A DNA stretch of 64,000 nucleotides from Paraspadella gotoi (taxonomy: Eukaryota; Animalia; Chaetognatha), in the NCBI GenBank assembly GCA_051294375.1, contig CM119268.1, positions 21,077,869 to 21,141,868 of the forward strand, written 5' to 3'. Both the position numbers and the translations under genes were made by a program. A model generated the notes under the pieces. That model made no database searches and was not told the origin of the DNA. It saw nothing but the letters and a program-made list of their open reading frames with translations. Positions within the stretch are counted from its first letter, which is position 1. Every line of letters starts with the position of its first letter. This document shows, piece by piece, positions 13,531 through 27,457 of this stretch.

Positions 13531-14561
13531 CATTAAAGCGAAAAAATGGAAAAGAAATAATAGAAGAAACGTAACTCGATTGTTCGAGAATTTATTTCAG
13601 ACTAATTGCTTATTTTATGAGTAATCAAAATCCAACTTTGAATTGAGAGAAAGGGAAACCAAAAAAAATCCTGATTAATAAGCAGAACTGAAAATAAAAC
13701 ATTTATTTGGTTGTACCAATTTTCATAATAACCAGGCTCGCATAGACATATATTGACAAAGCGAATGACAAAATAGCAAGGCGAGAAAGCTCCCCGGAAG
13801 TGTAAAAAAAGTCCTAGAAGAAAAGTACTGAAATCAGAAAAAATTATATAAATACATAACATTAAAAAATATAAGAGAAACCAGGGATTAAGAAAAAATA
13901 AAAAAATAAATAACAATAATAGGCTATAGGAAAAACCAGAAATAAGAAAATAACTCCTCGCACAAACTTAGGAAAAGAAAAAAGAAAAAAGATAAAAAGA
14001 AAAAGAAAAAATATCCAAATAAAAAGTAAAGATAAAAAAAAAAAAGCTGGAATTTTCTGAGCGGCGTCGACGGCGAGCCGCGGCGTCGGGCGACCGCGTG
14101 CGTCGGGGCGACCGCGGCGACGGGCGACAGCGGCGACGCCTTCAAGAAAATAGAGATGTAAGGGAGGGTCACCGGAAAATGGGGAAGGGTGAACCTTTGA
14201 AGAGGCTGATCTCTCTTCTGCTATTCCCATGAATCCCCGACGCATTAAACTCACACATTCTCCGAAATTCTCTCTGCGATCATCCGTGAATATCGGTGAG
14301 GCACTAAAGTTGACGCCGACGCCATCGCTCTTTCACACGTTGATCTTAAAGGAGATATCGCTCTTTCACACCTCTATTTTAAAGGAGCCATCGCCCTTTC
14401 ACATGTCAATCTTAAAGGAGCCATCGCATCTTTCACANNNNNNNNNNNNNNNNNNNNNNNNNTTTTTTCTTTCTCTTTTTCTAGCGTTATTTTTCATTTT
14501 CTTTTCTCACTTCTATCTTTATTCTGGTCCCTATGTCAATATGTATTTTCAGTAAACCAAG

Positions 14562-14596
<35 letters not shown>

Positions 14597-14750
14597 CTTC
14601 TCTGCTTCTCTTTCTCTCTCTACTTCTCTCCTCTCTCTCTCTTCTCCTCTCTCTGTTTCTCTCTTCTCTCTCTCTCTCTCTCTCCTCTCTCTCTTTCTCC
14701 TTCTCTCTTTCTCTCCTCTCTCTCTCTCTCTCTCATTCTCTCTCTCTTCT

Positions 14751-14787
<37 letters not shown>

Positions 14788-16639
14788 TTTCTCTTCTGCC
14801 TTTCCATCTTTCTTGTCGTTTCCTTCTACTCGGCCCTTCGTTTTCCGAATTTCCTCTGCATCCGTTTTTTCTTGTTTTTAGATTTTGCGCCGCTGAGCTT
14901 TCTCCGCGGAGGTAGCCAATACCAAAATAAGGTCCCTTCGGTTTCGGCTCTGTTCGGTTGTTTTGTTCGGTTCAGCTCTGTCTTCGCCTCTGTCTTTCAT
15001 CTTAACTTCAAATGCTCACAAAACATGTCTTCATTCAGAACTTCCGTTAGTTGACTTCTTTTGTTATTTTGTCTGCAGACGGACTAAGATTTATGCCGAA
15101 TTTATGCGGAGATTACTAGCGCTACCTTTTTGTGTAAATGAAAAATTGTGTAATAGGAATAAAAATTCAATTACTTCCCGAAGCGATGTATTGTTGTTCA
15201 CATGATCATCTAGTTCTAAAATTACACTGGAAATATTGGGTACATCGGGATGGAAAAAATCACGGGGCCCTGCGCGCAAACATTAAATGGTCCTGTCTTT
15301 TATTCTTCTTTTCGTTCTTCTATCGTCTTGAGTTCGCCTTATATTTCCTGCCTTTCCTTTTTTTTCTTTTCTAATTCCCTTTTTTCGTCCCTTGTTCTTT
15401 CATGCCTCTTCTAAAGGTTCACACCTTCCCGCATTTTCGGTGACCCTCCCTTACATCTCTTATTTTCTTGAGAGGGTCCGCCGCTGTCGCCCGTCGCCGT
15501 CGGTGTCGCGCGCTCGCGCAAGCGCAGGTGCGCTCCGACGCCGCGGCTCGCCTCGACGCCGCTTCAGAGAACATTCCAGTCTTTTTTTTTTTATCTTTAC
15601 CTTTTTATTTTGAGATATTTTTTCTTTTCTCTTTTTACTTTTTGTCTTTTTTCTTTTCCTAAGTTTGTGCAGAGGAGTTATCTTTCTTATTTTTGGTTTT
15701 CCTTAGCCTATTATTGTTATATTTTTTTTATTTTTTCTTAAATCCCTGGTTTCTCTCTACAATATTTTTTTTGATATGTTAGTGTATTTATATATTTTTT
15801 CTGATTTTCAATACTTTCTCTTCTACGGATCCTTTTTTTCACTTCCGGGGAGCTTTTCCTCGGCCTTGCTATTTTGTCATTTCCGCTTTGTCAATATATG
15901 TCTATGTCGAGCCTGGTTTATCTATGAAACATTGGACACAGTCCAAATTAATGTTTTATTTTCAGTTCTGGCTTATTAATCAGGACTTTTCTTTCTGTTT
16001 CCCCTTCTTCAATTCAAAGTTGGATTTCTGATTTACTCATAAATAAGCAATATTAGTCTTGAAATAAATTCTCGACACAATCGATCTACTTTTCTTGCTA
16101 TGTATTTCTTTTCACATTTTTCGCGTTTAATGTATTCTCTCTCTCTCTCTCTGCTCTCTCCTTCTCTCGTCTCTTCTCTCTCTCCTCATCTCTCTCTCGT
16201 TCTCTCTCTCTCGTCTCCTCTACCTCTCTCTCCTCTCCATTCCTTTCCTTCCTTTTTACCCTCTTCACTCTGTTACCCTTTTAACGCTCCAAATCTGGAT
16301 TCCTTCGGAAACTCTTCTTGTCCGCTCGAGTCCTGCTCTCTCTCTCTCTCTCTCCTCGTCTGCTCTCGATTCTCATCTCTCTCCTCTGTCTTCTCTCTCT
16401 CCTCTCTCTTCTCTCTGTACTCTTCTCTCTCTCTCTCTTCTCGCTTTTCATTTTCCCTATGAATTCCTCCGACGCATTAAACTCACACATTCTTTCCAGA
16501 AATTCTCTCTGCGAGTCGGAGTGCCTGGAAGGTATCGTGAGGGGCAGCGTAAATGTTTGAACCGCGAGCGCCATCGCATCGTTCACAGGCAGGCGGCGGG
16601 TGGAAGCTGTCTACTCTCAAGATAGGGAATATAGCCTAT

Positions 16640-16792
16640 AGCCATCACATCTTTCACACCTCTATTTTAAAGGAGCTATCGGCCTTTCACACGTCAATCT
16701 TAAAGGAGACATTGCTCTTTCACATCTCTGTTTTAAAGGAGCCATCGCCCTTTCACAAGTCAATCTTAAAGGAGCCATCGCATCTTTCACAC
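16640..16792 (+). repeat. ~33-bp minisatellite (ccatcgccctttcacangtcaatcttaaaggag), also seen in the redundant copies at 14322-14437 and 12500-12745
   Basis: 4-5 tandem units visible. Confidence 0.8.
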
Positions 16793-17177
16793 TGGTGCTC
16801 ACCAATCAATGGTCAACTCATCGCAGTTGCAATCGCTCTGACCGCTCCATTTTCAGCTTTTTCGCTTCTGAGACTTCGGGGGGTGAAGCCATCGAGATTC
16901 GGAATTTAATGAGAGAAATAACTTTCGCCTTTCGCTTCTTTTTTGGAAGAGAATTATCTCTGTCTTTACAATCGCAGTTAAAAATCGAATTCAATGATTA
17001 AAAAAGAGAAAAGAGGAAAAGTCAATTTAGGTTTTGGTTGAATTCGGATATCGAAGTGGGAAATTGTTGCTGAAAAGTTGTAGATTCAATTTTGAAAAAT
17101 GAAAAAAATACCCTTTTTTTAACATTTATTACAATACAATATTTTACAAATTTACAATTTTGATCCTTAAAGAAATA

Positions 17178-17316
17178 AATGAATGAATGAATGAATGAAT
17201 GAATGAATGAATGAATGAATGAATGAATGAATGAATGAATGAATGAATGAATGAATGAATGAATGAATGAATGAATGAATGAATGAATGAATGAATGAAT
17301 GAATGAATGAATGAAT
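17178..17316. repeat. (GAAT)n microsatellite
   Basis: Perfect tetranucleotide run. Confidence 0.97.
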
Positions 17317-18197
17317 GGGAAACAAAACATAATCAACAACGTCGATGAAGAATGAGAAATAAATAATAACAAAATCTTATTTTCCGACGAACAATTAAAC
17401 TAAGAAGGAAATTGAACCCACGTTTGTCATCGTCGTCGTCGTCAATCGACGCTCAAAGGTCGATGTTGTGACTGTTTGTGACGTCGTTTCGCTCTGTGAA
17501 CGGAGCGAGGCGTTTTTTTGTGTGTGACACCTTTTTGGTGTGATTCGTTTTTCGTGAGGCAGTTATGTGTGAAAATGTGATTAGCTTTTAAGTTTGTTTG
17601 CCGATAAGAGATTTCCGAGACAAGTGATTTAACCGGATAATTTTGAATACAAAACGAGAAAAAGTAAGTGAAGTGAAGATGAAGAGAAAAAGTAAGTGAA
17701 GTGAAGATTGAAGAAGTGAGTCGCGCATTGAAAAGTAGGTCGTCGACTGAGACTTTGACTCAAGGGATTTTGGTTCCGCGGATTTGAGACGAAACATCTC
17801 ACGATTCGAGAAGAGAGCGAAACTGTGCCTGGGGTGTGGAAGAGGTGTGGAAAAAGTGTGGAAGAAAGGAGTGGAAATCTGAGGTGGAAAATGAATTGGA
17901 AAAAAGGAATGGAACAGCGGTGGAAGAAGAGTTGAAAAAGTGGTTGACTGCCTATTTCCAAATTAAAACTCAATTAACGATCTTTTTTATAAAATTCTCA
18001 TAGGAAAATTTTTCGGTTTAAAACGACGGGTCGACTTATTTTAGTCATGGCTTTTAACATTGTTTTCTCTACTCTCTCTCTCTCTCTCTCCTCTCTCGTC
18101 TCTCTTCTCCTCATTCTCTCTGCTCTCTCTCTCTCTCTCTCTCTTCTTTCTCTCTTCTCATCTTACTCTCTTTCTCTCTCTCCTTCTCTTCTCCTCT

Positions 18198-18230
<33 letters not shown>

Positions 18231-18384
18231 TCTTCTCTCTCTCTCTCTCATCCTCTCTCTCTCTCTGCTCCTCTCTCTCTCGTCTCTCTCCTCGTACTCT
18301 CTCTCATCTTTCTCTCTCTTTGCCTCTCACCATCTCACTACCCCTCGCACAGCATCCCATCCCCTAATCCCATCCACCCCTTAC

Positions 18385-18475
18385 CTTGAGTCCCGACGGC
18401 CAGAGTCCCGACCGCGTAGACGAACATTCTCACCAACTCGAAGAATGCCAACGGAGGAGATTTTGAAACGGATCT
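18385..18475 (-). CDS. Candidate exon of the Ig-superfamily gene; error-ridden, reading frame unresolved
   Basis: Strong donor CTCAAG|gtaagg and a GC-rich island. The 91-bp length fits the phases of the flanking exons, but this copy has an in-frame stop and the mirror copy (~10788-10876) differs by many indels. Confidence 0.4.
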
Positions 18476-19199
18476 CTTGGGTTAGGTCGCGAAGAAAAAA
18501 TCAGCACCAGGATGTGCAGAAAGTTGCCTTCGTCGCGTCACCGGCTTCGAAGAAAACAGTTTGGACTGCTCGGGCGCAGACCAGTTTGGGTTGAGTGACA
18601 TGGGGGGAGGACCGAGGTGGGCTTGAAAGAGGTTCATGACGGGGGAATAGTCGTGGGTGGAAGTGTGTGGGAAGGTCGGCGGTCAGAGGAGGATAAATCA
18701 TTATAAGATAGAGTGATGCAGAAAAAGAGGAAATAAAAATATAAATTGAGTAGCGTAGTATTATATAGTGATGTAAGAAGAAAAGAGAGAGAGCGAGGGA
18801 CAGGAGAGAGAGCAAGAGAGAGAAGAGAGAGAGAGAGAGAGAGAAGAGAGAACCGTGAAAGGGAAGGTATGAAAACAATGAGTAATGGAAATGTCTTGGT
18901 CGTCAACGGAAATAAAAAAAAAACGAAGGCAAAAGAAAAAAAAAGAAAAAGGAAAAAAGAAGGAAAGGAATGTTTTATGATGGTTATGGCCCGTTAAATT
19001 TGCAGAGTTTTTTGGCGAGTGAGCTGACTCACGCTGGAGTTTGGGGAAAGGGTAAAGTTTAAGAAATTGTTGAGCGCGAAACGGATTGATTGGAGATTTT
19101 GGAGGGAAATTCTTCCATTTTGGGTTTCAATAATAAATGTCTTGACGCGGGAAGTTCTTAGGCGGATCGATGGGAATGAATGTAAAAAAAGGAGCTTTG

Positions 19200-19529
19200 A
19201 ATAAATAAACGAATGATGATGTAGAATAATGAATATAATGATGAAATGAATAAATAATGAATGAATGAATGCAAAATGAATGAATACTGGATTGAAATGA
19301 ATGAACTGAGCAATAATATGAGCAATTTAAACAAATAATAAACTAACTAAATAAATAAATAAATAAATAAATAAATGAAATAAATAAAATATACTAATAA
19401 ATATAAGAATAAAATTGAATGAATGAATGGAATGAATGCAATGAAATGAACTCGATTGATGAATGAATGACAGCAATTAAACAAATTAACCTAGAAACAA
19501 AATAAAAAATAAATAAATAAAATAGTATA

Positions 19530-19560
<31 letters not shown>

Positions 19561-20020
19561 ATAAATAATAAATAAATAAAATAATAAATAAAAACTAAAT
19601 AAATAAATAATAATAAATATAAGAATTGAAATGAATTGAAGAATGAACGAATGAGCAAATAACACAAATTAACGAACTAAAATAATAAATAAATAAATAA
19701 TAAATAAAATAAATAAATAAATAAATAAATAAGTAAATATAAATAAATAAATAAAGAATTTGAATGAATGAAACTGAAGTGATTGAATGAATGAATGAAG
19801 AATGATCTGAATGAATGAATGATTGAATGAATGAATAGAACTGAATGAAATGAATGAATGAATGAATTGAATGAACTGAATGAGAAAAATAAAAAAATAA
19901 AGGAACAAAATAATAAATAAATAAAGAAATGAATCGAATGAATGCAATGAATGAATGAAATGAATGAAATGAATGAATGAATGAATGAATGAATGCAATG
20001 AATGAATGAATGAATGAACC
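19200..20020. repeat. Degenerate (AAAT)n/(GAAT)n tract
   Basis: Direct reading. Confidence 0.9.
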
Positions 20021-20063
20021 GATTGAAGCAACTGAATGGCCGAATCAATCTTCGCTTCCTAAC

Positions 20064-20293
20064 CTCGATATTAGCCTCTGGCTATCCACATTAACGTGGG
20101 CATAAGGCATCGAGTAATTCCAAAACTCGTGCGCGACGACACACTTCAGTTCTTGGTTGTGGTTAACGTAACGCGGGACGAAGGTGAGATGCGTCACCGT
20201 TGTGTTGTTGATGTGCGTCGTTTGGTCGCCGAGGCCGGTTTGGTTGCCTAGCGACCAGGTGACGCGAGGATGGCGTCCTCCGGTCGATTCCAC
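20064..20293 (-). CDS. Exon encoding most of a C2-set (CD80-like/nephrin-type) Ig domain
   Basis: Acceptor ccttccccaaccccaag|GTGGAA, donor TCGAG|gttagg. Translation VESTGGRHPRVTW...VTHLTFVPRYVNHNQELKCVVAH matches the GG-x-P-x-VxW ... LTFxP...LxCxxxH pattern. Confidence 0.85.
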
Positions 20294-20799
20294 CTTGGGG
20301 TTGGGGAAGGTAAGGGAAGGGCGAGTAAAAGATTTTGTGACCTCGCGTCCGATCCTTTTTCCCTGCTCATATAATTGACCTCTTTTGACCAGCCTTCTCA
20401 CCGTTCGAGTCGCTCTCTCGTGACTTTCTTTCGGCCGAAAACCTCGTCACTTGTTATTCGTTCATAATCGTTTCTCTGGAAAAGATCGGCTGCATGGAAC
20501 CGGAGTTTTTATGGAATCCAAGGATTTGCTAAACCAATTTACTATAAGACATTGATTTTGCTATTTATTTAATCTCTTTAATAATAAACTTATTTACGAT
20601 TTATTCGTCATTTATTCGACATTTGCGCCATTCGAGATTTAGAAAACCTAGCTTCATGTTAAATCCAGTTCCTCCTACGGCTGTGGAATCGAACGCGCGA
20701 CCCTCGAGGCATAAAAAATACTACTACTAATATAATAAATATTAATATTAAACATTTGCTACAGTGAGGTTAATGTTAGGTGGGGGGGAATTGTTTTAA

Positions 20800-21855
20800 G
20801 GTCCGGGATCACTCAATTCAAATTATAATTNNNNNNNNNNNNNNNNNNNNNNNNNAGCTCTAAAACCGATGGCTCGGAATCTTTCGAAAGGAGAGCTCCT
20901 GAATGATTCGGAAAATGTATTCACTTTACTAATTTTTTCAAAAGGCGTCATCGTTTTTTTTGATTTTTTTTTTGTACTATAAGCCAATAAAATAAAAGAA
21001 CCTATTTGAAGAGTTGCAGGCCCCAAACGGTAAGGGGTTTCTCTCATAAATTTGGCAATGAAATTATCTTTAAGTCACGAACTCGCAATTCTAATGGAAA
21101 GATACTTTCAAAATTTGTCTTTCCTTCATATAAATTTAATTATATTTTTAATAAATTTTTGGGGATTAATTTCCTTGATATCTTTGAAACGAAAAACCAT
21201 TTTTTTTCAAAAAACGCGTCTAGAATCTCCGCCCACTTTCCTTTCCTTTGGCCCAAGATATTTTTTTCTTCAAGAAGAGTCAACGGTTTGAGCTGCACGT
21301 CTTTCGTTTTTTTAAAAATCTTCACTTGAGTCAAGAAGTTAAATTCTGTACCTCATTAAACTCATGTAAACAACATTTACAATAAGTAAAAAGGTAAATT
21401 TGAATAAATTCGATAAGTTTTTTAACTCATAAAAATCATGAAAGTATCAAAAAACGTCTGGAAATGTGAAGAGTGTTTGTTTTAGACTTATTGTGATAAA
21501 CAACCCCCATGTATGTACTTGTACGCAAAGGAAGAATTATATAGAGTAGAAAATTGAGCTTACTGTTTAAAGAAATCAGTTTTAAGTTAAAAATTTTAGT
21601 TTTGTAGTATAATTTTAGCTTACATATAAAAAAATTATTTTTCTCTTGAAAAAATCTAGTTTTATTTAAGGCCGGAAGAAAAAAATTTTTGTTTAAAATT
21701 TTTTTTATGACATTTTAGGTAGATTTTTTAAAAAGGTTTTCGAATAATTTTATAATAGGAAAAACTTCTCTCTTACAGGATATGACAAAAGTGATTAAGA
21801 TTACAGTAAGATTAAGAATTTCTCATTTTTAGGTTAGGTTGAGTGATCCCTGGCC
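20800..21855. mobile_element. Non-autonomous TIR element with TTAA target site and GG termini (Kolobok-like)
   Basis: TTAA|GGTCCGGGATCACTCAA at 20796-20816 and TTGAGTGATCCCTGGCC|TTAA at 21839-21859 (15/17 match). Internal 25-N gap; the right end is repeated at ~22250-22270. Confidence 0.6.
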
Positions 21856-23082
21856 TTAAATACGGTTCCTAGATTTTGGAAGAATAGTCATGATTGATTG
21901 GGGGGAGATGTTTAAAATAGTTCAGGATGTTGAGAATGTCATGTTGATTGGTGGGTTGACCGTGGCGTCCCCGTCATCGGTCATTTCGGTCGTCGTCGTC
22001 CGTCGTCGTCGTGCCTCCTTTTCACGTTTGTTGTCCGATTTTGTTTCCTTATGTTTTCTGTTGCTTACGTTGCGCTACAAGAAAACAAGATTTGGCGGGA
22101 GAAAAAAATAGGAATCGTAGAAAAGAGGAGAGAGAGAGAGAAAGAGAGAGAAGAGAGAGAGAAAGAGAGAGAAAAGAGAGAGAGAGAGAGAAGAGAAAGA
22201 GAGAAGAGAGAGAGAGAGAGAGAGGGAATCTTCTTTCTACAATTTTAGGTTGAGTGATCCCTGGCCTTAAATAGTTCTAGATTTGAGAATGTCATGTTGA
22301 TTGGGGGGGAATGTTTTAAATAGTTCTAGATTTGAGAATGTCATGTTGATTGGTGTTGACGTCGGCGTCGTCATCGTCATTATCGTCGTCGTCGTCGTCN
22401 NNNNNNNNNNNNNNNNNNNNNNNNNNNNNNNNNNNNNNNNNNNNNNNNNNNNNNNNNNNNNNNNNNNNNNNNNNNNNNNNNNNNNNNNNNNNNNNNNNNN
22501 NNNNNNNNNNNNNNNNNNNNNNNNNNNNNNNNNNNNNNNNNNNNNNNNNNNNNNNNNNNNNNNNNNNNNNNNNNNNNNNNNNNNNNNNNNNNNNNNNNNN
22601 NNNNNNNNNNNNNNNNNNNNNNNNNNNNNNNNNNNNNNNNNNNNNNNNNNNNNNNNNNNNNNNNNNNNNNNNNNNNNNNNNNNNNNNNNNNNNNNNNNNN
22701 NNNNNNNNNNNNNNNNNNNNNNNNNNNNNNNNNNNNNNNNNNNNNNNNNNNNNNNNNNNNNNNNNNNNNNNNNNNNNNNNGAGAGAGGAAGGAAAGTGCG
22801 AGACAAAAAAAGCGGGAGGGAGATAGAGATAATAAAAGGGAGAAAAAATAAAAAAACGTGACAATTGCATAAAATAAAGATTAGCAAGAGAGAATTTCAA
22901 ATTAGAAGATAAAGAGAGAGCGAGAGTGAGACAGAGACAGAGAGCAAATTTTGGAGTCAAGAAAGAAGGTAAAAAGAAAAAATGTCAGTAGCTCGAATAT
23001 CAAGTCGGAGTAAGCATAATCAAACTTTATCAACTTATTAATAGTTATGACGATATTAATAAAATTTAAAAGAAGAGAGAGA

Positions 23083-23128
<46 letters not shown>

Positions 23129-23616
23129 CTTTAATTTTTACCGCTGCCTACAATGGACTCAACCAAGGGGAACCCAAGGGAGAAGAAACGAGAAAAAAAA
23201 ACCATTTGCCCATAAATATTAATTTATAGTCCATAGGGCAGATAAGCGGAAAGAAGAAAAAATAAACAAAAATAACAACGACAACAAAATCCGAAGAGAA
23301 AAAATAAATGTTAAGAAAATAATTTCGATATCGATTTCTAAAAAAATAACAAAAAAGTATCTGTGTGATTCAGATATTTTTTCTTCTCTTTAAAACATTC
23401 AAACGACTTTGAAAAAAAAAGCTAACCTTGTGAAACTGAGCAGAAAAAAAATATTGTACACGAGACTGTGAGAGCGGTGAATGAAAGGGTGAAAGTGCTT
23501 TTGAATAATTTCATGGGCCAAAAACGGAAAAGGTCACCCGGTCTGTTTTGCGGAAATGTAAAGATTCGTGGGAATATTATTTGTGTGTGTCNNNNNNNNN
23601 NNNNNNNNNNNNNNNN

Positions 23617-25630
23617 GAGCGAGAGGAGTGGAGGAACGAGAGGAGAGAAGTAACGGAGGCGAGAGAGAGAGAGAGAAGAAGAGGAAAAGAGCGCCGAGAG
23701 AGAGAGTAATGACTGAAGGAGAGGAAGAGGAAAGTTGCGAGACAAAAAAAAGCGGTAGGGACTGGTTGACGGATAGAAATAATAAAAGGATCGATAAGAA
23801 AAAAAAAAATCCCATAAAAAACGTAGCCGCGCTCGTGGACAATTGCCATAAAATAAAGATTAGCAATTAGCAAGAGAGAATTATCAAATTCATTAGAAGG
23901 ATAAAGAGGAGGGAGCGGACGAGTGAGACCAGAGACAGAGCGCGAGCCAAAATTTTGGTAAGAATATACATCGTGGCGAAAGACACGGGGCGGGGAAATG
24001 ACGAGTCAAGAAAAAGAAGGTTTTTAAAAAGAAAAAAATGTCCAGCGGCATGTTTAGTCGATTGAGAGATAGAAATATGGCTGTGGTGAAATGGCCGGTT
24101 AGCTCAAATTATACTGAATAGTGAGACAAAGTGAGGAAATGCACCGTCTCGAGCGAGATGGAAGAAACAAGTGGGGAAATGGACTCGCCCGTTAGTTTTC
24201 TAGGACGAAGAAATGGCAAAAGAAACGCGCCACCGCTTATGGGATTGAGAAGCACCCAAGTGTGTGAATGCATAATCAAACTCGCCGTTAGGGATTGAGG
24301 TTATCAAATCGATGAATGGAAATGACCCGTCTAGACGCGTGGAATAAAGGCAGTGGATTAAATATTTGTGCTACTGCACTCGATATTAAACAACAAACAC
24401 TGTAATAAAGTATGATGAGGAACAGGCTAAGGATTAAGGATGGAGGAAAGAGAAAGATGAGATGAGATTAGGAGACGCGAGAATTTAAGGAGGAAAATGG
24501 ATGAACGACGGGGTGAGATGAGAGATTAGGATGAGGACAATTGGACGAAATGGCGGAGAGAGAGTAGATTAGAGGGATGGGTGAAGTAGAGAGAGAGCGG
24601 GGGAAATGGCCGAGAGGAGGCATGAGATAGAGAAGGGAGAGTAGAGGGATAAGAGAGAGTCCTGATTTACCGCTGCCTTACCAATGATGGAGACATACAA
24701 CTTAAGCGGGAACCAAGGGGCATGAGAAGAATAAGACGAGCGAAAAAAAGGAAAAAATTAGGATGGAAAAACCAATCTCGTGTCCCTGGATCTAGGCAAT
24801 AATATTAATTTATAGTCCACTAGGCGCAGACATAAGCGGAAAGAACCATATGAAAAAATAAACAAATTTAAGAGTAACTAACGAATTAGGCAACAAAATT
24901 ATCCGTAAAAAGGAGAAAAAAATAAATTTAAGGAGGAACAAAATAATGTGAGCGGAAATGGCCCCCAGTAGTAGAGGACGCATATAAAATAGGAGAGAAA
25001 TGTGGCCCCCCCCCGCCCCGTTTGGATTGAAGAACAAATGGGAATGGCCCGGTAGTTAGTATAGCTTAGATTCATAGATGGAGGACAAGGCCGGAAAAAT
25101 GGCGTATAGATAAAATAGGCTTAAAGAAGAATAAGGCTGGTCGATGGGAGGTTCCTACTCGGGTGAGTTTGTATCAGAATTTATGGCTGTCTTTTTTAAA
25201 TAAAAAATAAACTCAAAAATAGATAGTCTGTGGTGATCTTCAGAATCTATTTTCTATCTCTCTTTAAAACATTCAAAACGAGAGCTCTATTGGGAAAGAG
25301 GCGAAACAAAAAAAAAAAAGAGGAGGCTAAGCCTCGGGCCTTGGGAAATTGCGAATTATTGTGTTGAAACTGTAAGCATAAAAAGAAAAAAAATAATTTG
25401 TACCGAAGGGACTGTGTAGGGATGAGCGGTGTTGAATGAATAGGACAATTTAATAAGCGAAAAAGGATGTGATCGTTGTGTGTGAAAGTGCTCTTGGAAT
25501 ATAATTTCATGGAGGCCATAAATAATTCGGATAGAGAAAACAGGTCTACCGGAGCCGAACGATCAGTCTGTTTGCGGAAATTTGTAAAAGATTTCTTCGG
25601 GGAATTGTGTATATTATTTGTGTGTGGTCA
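23617..25630 (+). other. Insertion-inflated noisy copy of 22781-23591 (raw-read artefact)
   Basis: Anchors of the 810-bp block recur in order but spread over ~2 kb (gcgagacaaaaaaa, cataatcaaact, taccgctgcc, aaacattcaaa, ttatttgtgtgt). Confidence 0.75.
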
Positions 25631-26524
25631 GACTGTAAGGACGGAGAGTGTGAGAAGTGAGATGAGAGTAGTAGGAGGAGATAGATAGATGGACAATTAG
25701 ATGATTGCAGTGATATTAAGCTTTTTTTTCTCTCTTCTATTTAAATAATGCCTACACAAATTGCACCTGTTATTCTTTGGCGGAAACAATACAGAAATTG
25801 GATAATAATTTAAGCTAGAGGCCCACTAAATTATACACGAGGATAAAGTATATTTACTCATGTTAGAAAAGTGAGAAAAAACCAAATAATCTATTCAGAA
25901 CCGGAGTAATATACGACAGGTGCGAACTATAAATGTGCTCTGGCCGAGAGCAAAGACAGAGAGAGAGAGAGAGATCAAGAGAAGTATCAAGATCAATGAC
26001 GATGGTGCACATAATTATTCAAAATTGATTTGACCGGAACTTCTTACGTATATGATAGCGATATTCTTATGATCTTGTATATTGGACGATAAGACGAAGA
26101 GTAACAATAAAAAAGGATTAATCGAGCAAAAGAGAGATATGAGAGATTAAAAAAAAAAAAACGTTCTGAAAATCAGAGCCAAGAGAGACATCTGCTTTGA
26201 CTGCACGATATATTTTCCAGGCACGAAAATCCATCGTATAAGATCAATTTAGCTTCGCTGGTCGACATCTAATTTGATCAGCCTTTACGATTTTTCAACC
26301 TTTTAAAGCGAAAACGCGGTCACGGGGCGATGGTTAGGGGCTGACGGCCTGTTGGAATTGTTAGGCCAAAAAGAAGAAATTGGGGTAGAGAGGCTAATCT
26401 TAATACAAGAACTTCTGGCAGAAGACTTGGACAGAGGAGAGAGTGATCCGATAAAAACGTACAGCTATCGACCCAAAAGGGCCCGCTTAGTAGATGATCA
26501 GGGCCATTAGGAAAAGTCCATTTC

Positions 26525-26750
26525 GGTGGCCAAGAGGCCAGTGTACAAAAAGGCCAATATGCCAAGAAGCTGAGATACCAAATACTAAGAGGCCAAGATA
26601 CGAGCAAAAATTCTAGATGACAAGAAGTCAAGAAGCAAATATTCCAAGTCAAGAGGCCAGGATGCATAGAAACCAAAAAGGTCAATATGCCAAGAGGTAA
26701 AAAGGAACGAGGAAGCCAAGTGGCCAAAAAGCCAAGAGGCCAAAAGGCCA
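26525..26750. repeat. Degenerate ~10-bp tandem repeat (ccaagagg core)
   Basis: Recurring gccaagagg/ccaaaaagg units. Confidence 0.65.
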
Positions 26751-27457
26751 TGAAGCGGATTGGAAGCCGCGACGGAGCGCGAAGAAGTCATCAGATCATC
26801 GGAGGAAAAAAAAATCGCGTCGAAGCGAAAAAAAGAAAAGAAAAAAAAAGGAAAATGAAAAGAAAGAAAAAAGAATTGATGATTTGGATGATGGAGTTGG
26901 AGATGAGTTTTGCTCTCTTTTCCGAGAGTGCCCAATTTCTGTTCCTTTATTCCAGAATTTAATTTTATTTATTCATTTTATTTCGAATGTCAGCTAAAAA
27001 GACGTTAGTTTATAGATTAGTGGATCTGCATAAGGGTTAGGTTAAGCAATGATTTAAATTTGTGTTCTCAAAGAGTTTTCATGCAAAACATCATTTTCTC
27101 TTTCCGCAGATTAAGTTGCGATTCTGTCTGTCATCTTTGTTCCTTCGTGTCATTAATTTCGTTGACATTTTGTCATTTTTTTCGACGCCAGCTTAAAAAA
27201 AAAAATTGGGACAGATAATTTTGTAATTTTTTTTATGATTTCAATCCTCTAACGCCTTCGTCAAAGTATTCAAATTCGGAGTAATAAAGTTTAATATCTA
27301 AAACAATATTTAGGCAAAAGAACTGGAATAAATTTTATGGGTAACAATAAAACGGGACGCTACAACTACAACCACAATCCCAACAACATTAACCAAAACA
27401 ACAACAGCAACAACATCAACAACAACAATATAAAAAAAACTAAGAACATCGTCTCAC

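Larger units (their letters stand above)
8330..19010. repeat. Redundant copies of one locus: 8330-9990 repeats directly at 14463-16150, and 10230-14205 is the reverse complement of ~15410-19010
   Basis: Shared unique anchors such as gatggaaaaaatcacggg (9168, 15248) and atcgactaaaataagcgacc (11206) vs gtcgacttattttagtc (18030). High indel rate; 25-N spacers at 13182 and 14438. Confidence 0.85.
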
